Source: Flectonema sp. DT1601
Lineage: Eukaryota
Assembly (NCBI GenBank): GCA_964019425.1
Contig: OZ025786.1
Location: 558,001 to 622,000, forward strand
Direction: 5' to 3'
DNA length: 64,000 nucleotides
Part shown: one piece after another, positions 49,059 through 62,683 of the stretch
How the letters are laid out: every line of letters begins with the position of its first letter
Position numbering within the stretch: position 1 is the first letter of the stretch
Translations under genes and position numbers: made by a program
Notes under the pieces: model-generated
Database searches by the model: none
What the model was told of the DNA's origin: nothing
The model's input: only the letters and a program-made list of their open reading frames with translations

Positions 49059-52000
49059 ATGGCAGACCTCGTCTGTCTTGCCGGAATGGCAGCAGTAGTG
49101 GGAGTGCTTTACCAATCTGAATACCATCCTTTGATTTGCGCAATCCCAATTGTTGCTTACCTCTTAGGACCTTTTGTGGTAACGGTGTTTCAGAAGTTGA
49201 TGTTTGGCGATAGTCCTAAGTTAGTTAAGAAACCAGGAAGAGGGGCATCCGTAAAGCAAAAGAAGGAGGATAGGGATCGACCAAAGATTCAGATTTTGTA
49301 TGGATCACAAACCGGAACCGCTGAGCTTTACGCAAAGAACTTAGGAAGAGAAGCAAAGAAACTCGGATTCAACGCTGAGGTTCTTGATATGGCTGATGCA
49401 GAAATGGAAACTCTTTGGGAGCAGAAATTCGTTCTTTTCATCGTTGCGACATACGGTGAGGGTGAGCCAACAGACACCATGAAAGACTTCCACAGTTGGT
49501 TGTTGTCAGAAGAAAGAGCATATGACCAACAAGACTTGGGTGAAATGACCTTTTCTGTATTCGGACTCGGAGACTCGCAGTACAAACACTTTTGTCACAT
49601 GGGAATTGAATTCGATCAGCGTCTTTCGGAGTTGAACGCCAAGCGTGTTCATGAACTTGGATTAGGAGACTCTGACACAAACATGGAAGAAGACTTCGAT
49701 AACTGGAAAGCAGAATTATGGGCCAAAGCTTCCCCGATGTTCGGTTTAAAAGCAAAAGATGAATTCGCTGATGGACCAGATCAGCAACAGAAGTTGAAGA
49801 CTCATCCGGCACCAAAAGACAACCCACCGCCATTTCCAAAAACTGCTTCATCCCTTCCACCGAGCAACAAGTTACCATGCTGGGGAACAATCGCAAAGAG
49901 TCAGGAAATGCTCGCTTCTAACCCTGATGGAAGATCGACCATTCACATTGAAATTGACTGCGGAAGCGCTTCTCTACAAAACTATGAAGCAGGTGACCAT
50001 CTCGGAATCCTTCCAGCAAACAGCGATGAAACAGTTGCTGAGTACATGAAGTTGTTGGGAATCAAAGAAAAGAATGAAGTCGTAAGTTTGGTATCTCGTG
50101 ATGGAATGTCACAGAGAAATCATCTTCCTAACAAGGTTCCTGTTCACGTTGGTTTGAAATGGTACTTTGACTTACAGGGTGTTCCAAAGAAGAGTGTTCT
50201 TCGTGCGTTCACTCACTTTACGAAAAACGACGAGGAGCGTGAGAAATTCAGATCCCTTCTCCGCATCCATGAAGAGTCCCGTGATATGTACCACGAGGCT
50301 GTTGCCAAAGCCCGGTATGACTTGCTTTACTTTTATTAACATTTGAGATGGGGTCGTATTTCACACGATACCACACCTTTCTCACCTTCCGCACGGGATT
50401 ACCACAGTGCCCAGAGAAGGTAACGAGGGTGTGGGAGATAAGAAGATAATGAATTCGGTGAGAACCGCACCTTTCTCACCTTCCGCACGGGATTGCCACA
50501 GTGCCCAGAGAAGGTAACGAGGGTGTGGGAGATAAGAAGATAATGAATTCGGTGAGAACCGCACCTTTCTCACCTTCCGCACGGGATTACCACAGTGCCC
50601 AGAGAAGGTAACGAGGGTGTGGGAGATAGGAAGATAATGAATTCGGTGAGAACCGCACCTTTCTCACCTTCCGCACGGGATTACCACAGTGCCCAGAGAA
50701 GGTAACGAGGGTGTGGGAGATAAGAAGATAATGAATTCGGTGAGAACCGCACCTTTCTCACCTTCCGCACGGGATTACCACAGTGCCCAGAGAAGGTAAC
50801 GAGGGTGTGGGAGATAGGAAGATAATGAATTCGGTGAGAACCGCACCTTTCTCACCTTCCGCACGGGATTACCACAGTGCCCAGAGAAGGTAACGAGGGT
50901 GTGGGAGATAAGAAGATAATGAATTCGGTGAGAACCGCACCTTTCTCACCTTCCGCACGGGATTACCACAGTGCCCAGAGAAGGTAACGAGGGTGTGGGA
51001 GATAAGAAGATAATGAATTCGGTGAGAACCGCACCTTTCTCACCTTCCGCACGGGATTACCACAGTGCCCAGAGAAGGTAACGAGGGTGTGGGAGATAGG
51101 AAGATAATGAATTCGGTGAGAACCGCACCTTTCTCACCTTCCGCACGGGATTACCACAGTGCCCAGAGAAGGTAACGAGGGTGTGGGAGATAAGAAGATA
51201 ATGAATTCGGTGAGAACCGCACCTTTCTCACCTTCCGCACGGGATTGCCACAGTGCCCAGAGAAGGTAACGAGGGTGTGGGAGATAAGAAGATAATGAAT
51301 TCGGTGAGAACCGCACCTTTCTCACCTTCCGCACGGGATTACCACAGTGCCCAGAGAGGGTAACGAGGGTGTGGGAGATAAGAAGATAATGAATTCGGTG
51401 AGAACCGCACCTTTCTCACCTTCCGCACGGGATTACCACAGTGCCCAGAGAAGGTAACGAGGGTGTGGGAGATAAGAAGATAATGAATTCGGTGAGAACC
51501 GCACCTTTCTCACCTTCCGCACGGGATTACCACAGTGCCCAGAGAAGGTAACGAGGGTGTGGGAGATAAGAAGATAATGAATTCGGTGAGAACCGCACCT
51601 TTCTCACCTTCCGCACGGGATTGCCACAGTGCCCAGAGAAGGTAACGAGGGTGTGGGAGATAAGAAGATAATGAATTCGGTGAGAACCGCACCTTTCACA
51701 CCTTCCGCACGGGATTACCACAGTGCCCAGAGAAGGTAACGAGGGTGTGGGAGATAAGAAGATAATGAATTCGGTGAGAACCGCACCTTTCTCACCTTCC
51801 GCACGGGATTACCACAGTGCCCAGAGAAGGTAACGAGGGTGTGGGAGATAAGAAGATAATGAATTCGGTGAGAACCGCACCTTTCTCACCTTCCGCACGG
51901 GATTACCACAGTGCCCAGAGAAGGTAACGAGGGTGTGGGAGATAGGAAGATAATGAATTCGGTGAGAACCGCACCTTTCTCACCTTCCGCACGGGATTAC

Positions 52001-55000
52001 CACAGTGCCCAGAGAAGGTAACGAGGGTGTGGGAGATAAGAAGATAATGAATTCGGTGAGAACCGCACCTTTCTCACCTTCCGCACGGGATTACCACAGT
52101 GCCCAGAGAAGGTAACGAGGGTGTGGGAGATAGGAAGATAATGAATTCGGTGAGAACCGCACCTTTCTCACCTTCCGCACGGGATTACCACAGTGCCCAG
52201 AGAAGGTAACGAGGGTGTGGGAGATAAGAAGATAATGAATTCGGTGAGAACCGCACCTTTCTCACCTTCCGCACGGGATTACCACAGTGCCCAGAGAAGG
52301 TAACGAGGGTGTGGGAGATAAGAAGATAATGAATTCGGTGAGAACCGCACCTTTCTCACCTTCCGCACGGGATTACCACAGTGCCCAGAGAAGGTAACGA
52401 GGGTGTGGGAGATAGGAAGATAATGAATTCGGTGAGAACCGCACCTTTCTCACCTTCCGCACGGGATTACCACAGTGCCCAGAGAAGGTAACGAGGGTGT
52501 GGGAGATAAGAAGATAATGAATTCGGTGAGAACCGCACCTTTCTCACCTTCCGCACGGGATTGCCACAGTGCCCAGAGAAGGTAACGAGGGTGTGGGAGA
52601 TAAGAAGATAATGAATTCGGTGAGAACCGCACCTTTCTCACCTTCCGCACGGGATTACCACAGTGCCCAGAGAAGGTAACGAGGGTGTGGGAGATAAGAA
52701 GATAATGAATTCGGTGAGAACCGCACCTTTCTCACCTTCCGCACGGGATTACCACAGTGCCCAGAGAAGGTAACGAGGGTGTGGGAGATAAGAAGATAAT
52801 GAATTCGGTGAGAACCGCACCTTTCTCACCTTCCGCACGGGATTACCACAGTGCCCAGAGAAGGTAACGAGGGTGTGGGAGATAGGAAGATAATGAATTC
52901 GGTGAGAACCGCACCTTTCTCACCTTCCGCACGGGATTACCACAGTGCCCAGAGAAGGTAACGAGGGTGTGGGAGATAAGAAGATAATGAATTCGGTGAG
53001 AACCGCACCTTTCTCACCTTCCGCACGGGATTACCACAGTGCCCAGAGAAGGTAACGAGGGTGTGGGAGATAGGAAGATAATGAATTCGGTGAGAACCGC
53101 ACCTTTCTCACCTTCCGCACGGGATTACCACAGTGCCCAGAGAAGGTAACGAGGGTGTGGGAGATAAGAAGATAATGAATTCGGTGAGAACCGCACCTTT
53201 CTCACCTTCCGCACGGGATTACCACAGTGCCCAGAGAAGGTAACGAGGGTGTGGGAGATAAGAAGATAATGAATTCGGTGAGAACCGCACCTTTCTCACC
53301 TTCCGCACGGGATTACCACAGTGCCCAGAGAAGGTAACGAGGGTGTGGGAGATAGGAAGATAATGAATTCGGTGAGAACCGCACCTTTCTCACCTTCCGC
53401 ACGGGATTACCACAGTGCCCAGAGAAGGTAACGAGGGTGTGGGAGATAAGAAGATAATGAATTCGGTGAGAACCGCACCTTTCTCACCTTCCGCACGGGA
53501 TTGCCACAGTGCCCAGAGAAGGTAACGAGGGTGTGGGAGATAAGAAGATAATGAATTCGGTGAGAACCGCACCTTTCTCACCTTCCGCACGGGATTACCA
53601 CAGTGCCCAGAGAAGGTAACGAGGGTGTGGGAGATAAGAAGATAATGAATTCGGTGAGAACCGCACCTTTCTCACCTTCCGCACGGGATTACCACAGTGC
53701 CCAGAGAAGGTAACGAGGGTGTGGGAGATAAGAAGATAATGAATTCGGTGAGAACCGCACCTTTCTCACCTTCCGCACGGGATTACCACAGTGCCCAGAG
53801 AAGGTAACGAGGGTGTGGGAGATAAGAAGATAATGAATTCGGTGAGAACCGCACCTTTCTCACCTTCCGCACGGGATTACCACAGTGCCCAGAGAAGGTA
53901 ACGAGGGTGTGGGAGATAAGAAGATAATGAATTCGGTGAGAACCGCACCTTTCTCACCTTCCGCACGGGATTACCACAGTGCCCAGAGAAGGTAACGAGG
54001 GTGTGGGAGATAGGAAGATAATGAATTCGGTGAGAACCGCACCTTTCTCACCTTCCGCACGGGATTACCACAGTGCCCAGAGAAGGTAACGAGGGTGTGG
54101 GAGATAAGAAGATAATGAATTCGGTGAGAACCGCACCTTTCTCACCTTCCGCACGGGATTGCCACAGTGCCCAGAGAAGGTAACGAGGGTGTGGGAGATA
54201 AGAAGATAATGAATTCGGTGAGAACCGCACCTTTCTCACCTTCCGCACGGGATTACCACAGTGCCCAGAGAAGGTAACGAGGGTGTGGGAGATAAGAAGA
54301 TAATGAATTCGGTGAGAACCGCACCTTTCTCACCTTCCGCACGGGATTACCACAGTGCCCAGAGAAGGTAACGAGGGTGTGGGAGATAAGAAGATAATGA
54401 ATTCGGTGAGAACCGCACCTTTCTCACCTTCCGCACGGGATTACCACAGTGCCCAGAGAAGGTAACGAGGGTGTGGGAGATAAGAAGATAATGAATTCGG
54501 TGAGAACCGCACCTTTCTCACCTTCCGCACGGGATTACCACAGTGCCCAGAGAAGGTAACGAGGGTGTGGGAGATAGGAAGATAATGAATTCGGTGAGAA
54601 CCGCACCTTTCTCACCTTCCGCACGGGATTACCACAGTGCCCAGAGAAGGTAACGAGGGTGTGGGAGATAAGAAGATAATGAATTCGGTGAGAACCGCAC
54701 CTTTCTCACCTTCCGCACGGGATTGCCACAGTGCCCAGAGAAGGTAACGAGGGTGTGGGAGATAAGAAGATAATGAATTCGGTGAGAACCGCACCTTTCT
54801 CACCTTCCGCACGGGATTACCACAGTGCCCAGAGAAGGTAACGAGGGTGTGGGAGATAAGAAGATAATGAATTCGGTGAGAACCGCACCTTTCTCACCTT
54901 CCGCACGGGATTACCACAGTGCCCAGAGAAGGTAACGAGGGTGTGGGAGATAAGAAGATAATGAATTCGGTGAGAACCGCACCTTTCTCACCTTCCGCAC

Positions 55001-56014
55001 GGGATTGCCACAGTGCCCAGAGAAGGTAACGAGGGTGTGGGAGATAAGAACAAGTCGAACTGGTGCAAGATAGTCAGTGTGGACGGCGTCAGTCTTATTT
55101 TAACAAATCCTTGTACATCTTGCCTTCCGTATTCTCCAGTGGCTTAAGCCTCTAATGAGAGAATGACTTGGATACGATAACAATTCCTCGAGAGGGTAAC
55201 ACATACAAGGGAGAAGTGTTTACGCGATACGTTATTTTTAAAACCTTAGGAATTTGAGTTACGTCGAACAAAAAAATAATTTAAAAAAAACAGCACAATT
55301 GCCGGATTCCTCAGAATGTTCCCTTCTACAGAAGTACCAGTTGATCTCTTCTTTGAGATGATGCCACGTACCCAACCACGTTTCTACTCTATTGCATCAG
55401 ACTCCCTAGTTCAGGGTAAATGTGTTAACATGTGCCTCGCAGTATCGGAGGGAGGTCTTTGCAGTAGCTACATGAAGGATATGACTATAGGATCAAAGGT
55501 ACCTTGCTTTATTAGAAAGAGTACTTTCCACTTGCCAATGCGTAACAAGGAAAGACACACCATTATGATTGGACCTGGAACTGGTGTTGCTCCACTCATT
55601 GGTTTCGTCCACAGAAGAAATGCTTGGGCGAAGAATAACACTCTTGGTGAATGCCACTTTTACTTTGGATGTCGTAGAAAGAACGAAGACTACATCTACA
55701 GAGATCTCTTAGAAGGAGCAGAGAAGGATGGCATCATTACTAAATTAAGAGTTGCATTCTCTAGAGACTCCGACAAGAAGGTTTACGTTCAGGACTTAGT
55801 CAAAGAAGATGGTAGCGAGCTAATGAAATTAATTGACGGAGGAGCCAACATCTACATCTGTGGTGACGCTAAGAGAATGGCAAGAGACGTTGAGAGAGCT
55901 CTCGTTAATATCTTAGTTCAACATGGAAAAATGGAAGAGGAGAAAGCAATGGAACGTTTGAATAAAATGGAAAAGAGTCAGCGTTACTTGAAGGATGTCT
56001 GGACCAGCCACTAG
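49059..56014 (+). CDS. POR: NADPH-cytochrome P450 reductase; exons 49059-50314, 55294-56014
   Basis: N-terminal membrane anchor, YGSQTGTAE, ATYGEGEP, FGLGD, PRFYSIAS, MIGPGTGVAP, FGCRR, YICGD and YLKDVW. The phase-2 4979-nt intron joins KAR/TIAGFLRMFPS in frame. Confidence 0.96.
50374..55050. repeat. 94-bp tandem array, about 50 near-identical copies, intronic
   Basis: Unit CACCTTTCTCACCTTCCGCACGGGATTACCACAGTGCCCAGAGAAGGTAACGAGGGTGTGGGAGATAAGAAGATAATGAATTCGGTGAGAACCG. Confidence 0.99.
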
Positions 56015-58362
56015 ACTACTACATCCGTCTTAATTGGTGTTGCGAGTCTTTCATAGCAATACTCGTTTTGAAGGCTTCAGCAACTCTCTAAAAAACGTAG
56101 AGGGAATCAACAAAAGAACGTTTTTTCCGGTGCATCCCTTCCCCACTCTAACCCTCCGAAAAGATTTCCAACTCAAAAAAGTTTCCAAAAGGGAGTCGCA
56201 TGGCTGGAGGCGACATCTCTGCTATCAATTTACTGTTTTTGAATTCCAACTCTTAGTTTGGAATTCGTAATCAGCAGTTTAACGTTTGTCACCTGAAATT
56301 AAATCAGAACGAGATGAAAAGAATAAAATGTACAACAAATTTATCCGTAGAACGAACCCACCCTTCGACCCGATTGGCCGATGGTGTTCTGCTTTCTTTT
56401 CTTTTACTGGGATGTCGGAGTGTCCCGTTGTAAGCGTAGCATCGTAAAATGCTTTGCAACAATAACTACTCCTAGTGTTCCCGCATTCCTTTTGTCCTTT
56501 TTTTTTTATTATAGTTTTTTTGATGCAATCGAAGAAGTCCTTCAGCGACTAAATAGTAAACAGTTTTTATTATTATCCACCAGCAACGGTTGAAAAGCAC
56601 TCTAAAAGGTAATATTGATAAGTGGTACTAATTAAGTACTTTGGTAGTATTCCTTTTTCAAGGGGATTCTTTAGCATTCTCGTTGTAGTTCTCAAATGTT
56701 GTTTCCATTTAATAGCAGAAAGCATCTCTTTCTTTCAGGCTAACCGCCAGTTGTAGACTGCGATAAAGTCAATAAGTGTAGGCGCACTGGTTGTTTCTTC
56801 CAGTTGAGAACATTTTATAGCACACGCTAGACGATATCGATAATGTCTCAGTTCGTTCTATTTCTACCCCTCTTTTCTTCGTTTCTTGCCCCGAGACTGT
56901 TACTTCACACCAAAGAAGTAACTGACTTGAATTGCGTGGATAGTTTTTTATCTTGTTTTTTGGGGTCTTTAACTTTTTATATTCTGGTACCTGTAAGATC
57001 AGTTCCGTCGTTTGACCAGCCTGTGAGATAGCATTGCGCAAATGTGAAAAGCGCGCAATACAATAAATAATATTAAACCAAACGAAGGAAGTCATAAAGG
57101 CAGTTCTTCTCAAGAAAGGCGGATGTCATCTTATTAATGTTCTCGTTTCACGGAGAGTAATCAAAAAAAATCTAAGCCAATCGCATAATCCTGCAGGAAT
57201 GGTACAGGTTTTGGCCTATGTGTAAACGTCGCACATATTCTTACTTCTGCACACTTTTTTATGAAAGAAATTTAGTTCCTCATTAGGGGGAAGAATAAGG
57301 AAAAGTGCGATCGGCAACGGCTTTGTAAACCTCACGTCACGTCGGGGGAGTAGTGGGCTACGGCTGTTGGGTTGGAAACCTGTTGCAAATCTCAAAAACC
57401 CTTTTAGAAGTAAATAACGGTTGATCCGATAAAATAACTGAAGCAGCTCTCTCTAAACTCACTTCAGTAATCTAAAAGTCAGGAATCCATCACCGGCAGG
57501 CTTAGATTTCAGAAACCACTAACACCATCGGTTAGTTGTCCTTCAGACTGCTGTAGTGTGGTGTAGACGCGATTCTATTTTCAATTATAACACTTGTTGG
57601 CCATTTGGTTTCTAGCTGCTGTGTTTGTCTGAGAGACCGCTGATGTGGACTTTCTAATCGCAGCACAAGTATTACTATTCTATCTTTATATCTTTTTGTA
57701 TAGTATTAACATCTGCAGCTGTGCGTATCTCGTAACTACACAGTCGTGTCTGGTTGCTTCTTGTGCACATGGAGCTGCGATCTTCTTAACGCGGTTTGGA
57801 CCCATAAGGAACCGGAATTAGTTTCCATCCGTACTTAACAGGAAGAATTAAAAAAAAAAAAGCAAAAAAAAAGCAAAAGCAAAAGCAAAAGTTTGAGAGA
57901 GAAAAAAAAACGTCTCTTTTTCTAAAAAAGACACGGATTGCTGTGCTTTTATACTTACGAGAATTCGTTGATGGCTTGGGTGCGCATTTTCTTTTGTCGC
58001 GAAATAATCAGCTGTTATTTACTTTTTTTCCCCCTTTTATTTCCACCTTTTCCCCTTTTTATTTTAATAAATATTCTTTCAAATCGATAGCAGAAAAGCT
58101 GGAAAAAAAAAAAAAAAAAAAAAAAAACGACGAATGAAAAAATTGCGACGAAGGCGCTTTTAAATCATGATGGTTATAACCCTAAGGAAGGTATTGACGT
58201 AGGAATTATACTCAGTTTTATTTCCCTTAACAGTTTCAATTTAAAATTACAACGTGTGAGGTGTTGTACCTGAATAAGCATCAAATTAAAACCATTTCTC
58301 TCTTGGATTGCTCATATATCTGGTTATTTCTCCCCCTCAGTTTCGAAGGTTGTGTTTGAAAA

Positions 58363-61300
58363 ATGTTGTATTCCATTGCTGTGGCTTTGCTTGCTGTGTT
58401 GTTGACACCAGCAGCTGGTACATGGAATCGACTCCCAACTGAAATGGGAACACCTCCCCGACCTAGAGTAGAGATGGCCTTCACTAGTTATGATGACTTA
58501 CTTATTGTACACGGAGGTAGAACTTTAGGAGTGAACCCAACACTTATGAATGACATTTACGAATACAATTTAACAACAGAAACTTGGAAACATCTTCCCC
58601 AGCCGGCAACCAGACCGTCACCAAGATCTCGACATACGATGGTCTCTTTCGATGATTTTGAACACCAGAAGCCAGTTGCTATTCTGTTTGGAGGTGATAC
58701 GTTGCAGGGATTCAGTGATGAGATGTGGATATTTGATATCGTTCACGGGACTTGGCAAAAGCCTGCTTTTGCTGCAACACCCTGGCCGAGAGTAGGTCAC
58801 GCGATGTCTGCTGTTGGTTCACATGTTTACATAGCTGGGGGGTCAGGATTAGGTGGCGTATTGACTGATGTTTGGCAACTTGATATGAAGGACATCTCAG
58901 CGGGTTGGAAATCCCTTCCGATGTTACCCAGCGCTCGTGTTGATGCAGCGATGGTAGCTACTTCGGAATCTCTGTTTTTTCTCGGAGGTCGTGTGCATCC
59001 AGCTGCCGCTCCTGGAAATAATCTCTGGATATTAAACCTGACTACGGCATCCTCCTGGACGGAGTTTCCAAACCGGTACGGACCGAGGAGAGCACTTCAT
59101 AATCTTCACATGGTCGATGAACAATTGATTTTATTTGGAGGTGCTGATGGAACAACAACAGGAAGTGGCGACTTGCTGACGTTAAATTTGACGCAGGGCG
59201 TGTGGGTCACTCGAACTGCACCAAAAGTTGACAGTCGCGGTAATCTCATCGACCAAGTAGCAAGAGAAGGTGCTCGATCTGGACTATTCCATAACCAGTT
59301 AGTAATATACGGAGGGTGGTCATCAACAGAGGGAGCTCTTAATGACTTATGGACAATATCAGTACCTCAATTAAACACCTGGAAAAGGGTTCACGACAGT
59401 ATGGACACACCAATGCCTGTAGCAGGTCATTGCACAGTTGGGTTTGGAGATACACTTATTATTGTTGGTGGTAGGACTAGTCCTACATCATTATCGTGGT
59501 TTGTTCATCAATATAATTTTACGACTACTACTTGGAAAGAAATAACACCGAGTAAAGGCTTATCAATTCCAGCTTTAGAACACCACGTCTGTGTTGTATT
59601 TGGAACTACTTTAATTGTACACGGGGGGACTGACGCAATTGCTCCGAATGCTGAGATCTATTCGGTCTCTTTAATTCCTCATCTCGGAGAGAACAGAGAA
59701 TGGCATCGCGAAAAGCAAATTGGCATCACACCCGGTCCGAGATATGCTCACACAGGAGTTCTTCATGAGAATTACCTTTATATATTTGGTGGAAGAGGTG
59801 CTTCAGGAATAATTCGAAATGACATTTGGGTGTTTGATATTCAAACTGGGAAATGGGATCAGATTAACGTCAACGTTGTTGGTTCTGTATTCTCAGCATC
59901 CTGTTTGGTTCATAAAGGGAATACAACCGCCTGGTTTATTGAAAGTGGACAAGACAGTTCTGAAAGTCCACTTGGATCAAACTACTTAATTGACATGAGA
60001 ACTCATCAACTTCAGACGATATCATTAGTAGGAGATGACGGACTCCCTCCTGCAAGTGATTGGCATGTGAGTCAGGCGTCAGCAGTTGGCTTAGGATCTA
60101 CAGTTTTGTTATTTTTCGGACAATCACATCACAGAATAACTTCAGCAGTAGTATCTCTTGATGCCTTCACAGGTAAATATCGAGAGATTACCAGATCTGG
60201 TAATGATACCTGGCCAGTACCTCACTCTAAGGTTGGTGTTGTTGCTGTTGGCAACACAATAATTATTTTTGGTGGTGTTGCAGGGATTGGTACATCACCG
60301 TTGCCGTATCATTTCTCAAATGACATGTGGGAGTTTAGCTACACACAAGATTCTCTGTGTCCTGGTGCTGGAAACTGTTTGAGCTGCCCAGCTGGAACAG
60401 AGAAACGTTCAACTAGTTGTGTGATGTGTTCGATGGGAATGTATTCAAATAATGGAGACGAGTGTAGTTTCTGTCCATCTGGAACTTACTCGAGTTACAC
60501 TGGTGCTCGTGGTGTTCATGGATGCTCATCATGTAGCTTTGGTACTTATAATAATCAAAATGGTGCATCAATCTGCAATTCATGTCCTGAAGGGATGTAC
60601 TGCCCTGTCAGGTCTGAGTCACCCCAAAAGATCAACAGCTACACCAACACTACGATGTCATCTAAGCAACCTGGTCCTTTTAGAGGGAAATCATTATTCG
60701 ATGCTCCAATTCTTTATTTCCTCGTTCCGTTTGGAGTAGTCGGATTGAGCATTTTAATTGTTGCCGCCCTCCTCATGAGAGCTCATCGACAACGAGTAGG
60801 TAGAAAAGATGAATACATGTCTGAAGAAAGATTAAGAGAGTGTGTTAGTATTTATAATCGACATAATTATGAGTTTGTTGGTCTCTGTGATTCTCAGCTG
60901 ACCCTCGCTTTAAGAGAGTACGGACTACCAAAACCAACTGATGAGTTCGCGAGAGATTGTTTGTTAGAATACGACTCTTCTGGTAACTTCAGACTGGAGA
61001 GAGATGAGTGGATCTGGCTTTGTGTAGATTTAGATCACGAGAGGAAAACAGCTGCAGAGGAAGTTATAATGACTGGAGACGGTGAACCTCCATCAACCTT
61101 CCAACTATCAGATTTAGATCTCTTTCCAACATCTCACAGGTCCTTAGTGATGGGAGAGCCGCCAAAGATGAAGACAACAACAGCTGGAGGAGTAGTTTCT
61201 GTCTTTTGCTGTGCGGGTTTAGTATTTGTAGCCGTCAGTTTGTCGCTTCAACAAAGCTACGCAAACTTCGAAGAGCTTCGATCTGTACTACCGGAGTTAA

Positions 61301-62683
61301 TAGCACCTGGTGGGTTCTCTGATACTCCTTGTAAACAGTTAGAATTTATATTTGGGATTCAAGGTCACATCTCTAAGGAATCTTGTGCTAATGACCAACG
61401 TGAGTGTCTTGGAGCTGTTCATTACGAACTTGCGGGTGTTCGATGCGAAACAGTTGATATTCAATGTCAGTTCGTTCAGCACGACGCTTTAGGAGAATGT
61501 TTTCTGCAAATGACGTGTGACAGCTCTACTTTTTCATCACTAAATGGTGCAGAACATAAAATAAAACTCGGCCTCAATGGTTCTGTTGATGCTGAAGGTG
61601 TGTCTGTACGAGTTAGTGTTGACACCGGCATTCCGAGTGAGTTCAGTAACACCAGTTCATCAATTGCGTCCCCATCTAAAAAACTACTTCGTGGTTCTGC
61701 ACCGAGTATTGCAACAATACAAGCTTACCCGACAGTGTTTGTTGAAGATGGTACTATGAAAGATCAAGGATTACTTGTTAGAACTTCACAGTTTACTCAT
61801 GGAAGTACTGTGTCTGATTTTGATTATCATCAACACACAGGAATATATGGTCAATTAATATTTGAATTAATCAGAGCCTCAACAATAGTTGTTGAGAGGA
61901 GACCAATCATCCCTGTATTGACATTTCTTGGATCACTTGCGGGTACGTTGTCTGCTTGGATGGGATTTTGCTCGCTGTTGGTTTACGGAGGAGATCTGAC
62001 CACGTCGTGGACTCTCAAAAGAAAAGCAGCGAAGATAAAAAATCAACTCAAAGAACAAGAACAGCAGGAATGCGCAAATGGAACACTTCCTTCGGTACAA
62101 AGTCTTCCTTTTGATGATCCAAACATCCCGGAATGGAATGAACTCGTCAGACCTCTCGTCGGGTCTTCGTTTACTCTTCTTCAAGCGAGAGGTATACTTT
62201 CAGCTATTTTATTCTTGTTGGGACGAGGTGCTCAAAAAGTACCACTTGCCTGTAAGCAAATCCAATCCATTAAAGAAACAACAAACGACAACACCAAAGG
62301 GAAAAAGACTAACTGGCCTGATGAACTCGTATGTACATTTGAAAATAATATAATTCGATTTTTAATTTCTACTCTTTGAATTGTCAAAAAGAAAAGTTAC
62401 AAACAAATCGAAACAGTCATCAGAAGGAGACATGGAAGAACTACCCAGTGAGTTCCCTGTGAAAGGTGAAACTGAATACGACAATGATGATGTTTTTATT
62501 CAGACTGAAGGCGCTTCTATTTCTGGAAATGAATTAACAAATATCGAATCTCGTCTTCGTACTCTTGAAGTCTCTGTGTCTCCTCAACATAGTGTACAGC
62601 AGTCGATGAATATTTTAATTTCTCGAATGAGTGCGCTAGAAGCGCTTCTACAACAGCGATTACCAATATCGTCTTTTCGATAG
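58363..62683 (+). CDS. Signal peptide, kelch repeats, Cys-rich (GCC2/GCC3-like) repeats, TM, EF-hand and two-TM module protein; exons 58363-62328, 62417-62683
   Basis: Repeated GG...W kelch blades, CPAGT/CPSGTY/CSFGTY/CPEGMYC repeats, EF loop YDSSGNFRLERDE and three TM helices; phase-0 intron GTATGT...GAAACAG. Confidence 0.88.

Noticed and set aside
50374..55050. CRISPR array, or repeated 66-aa minus-strand genes
   Set aside because: Units are contiguous with no unique spacers and no cas genes; the ORFs arise from a single-base repeat variant.
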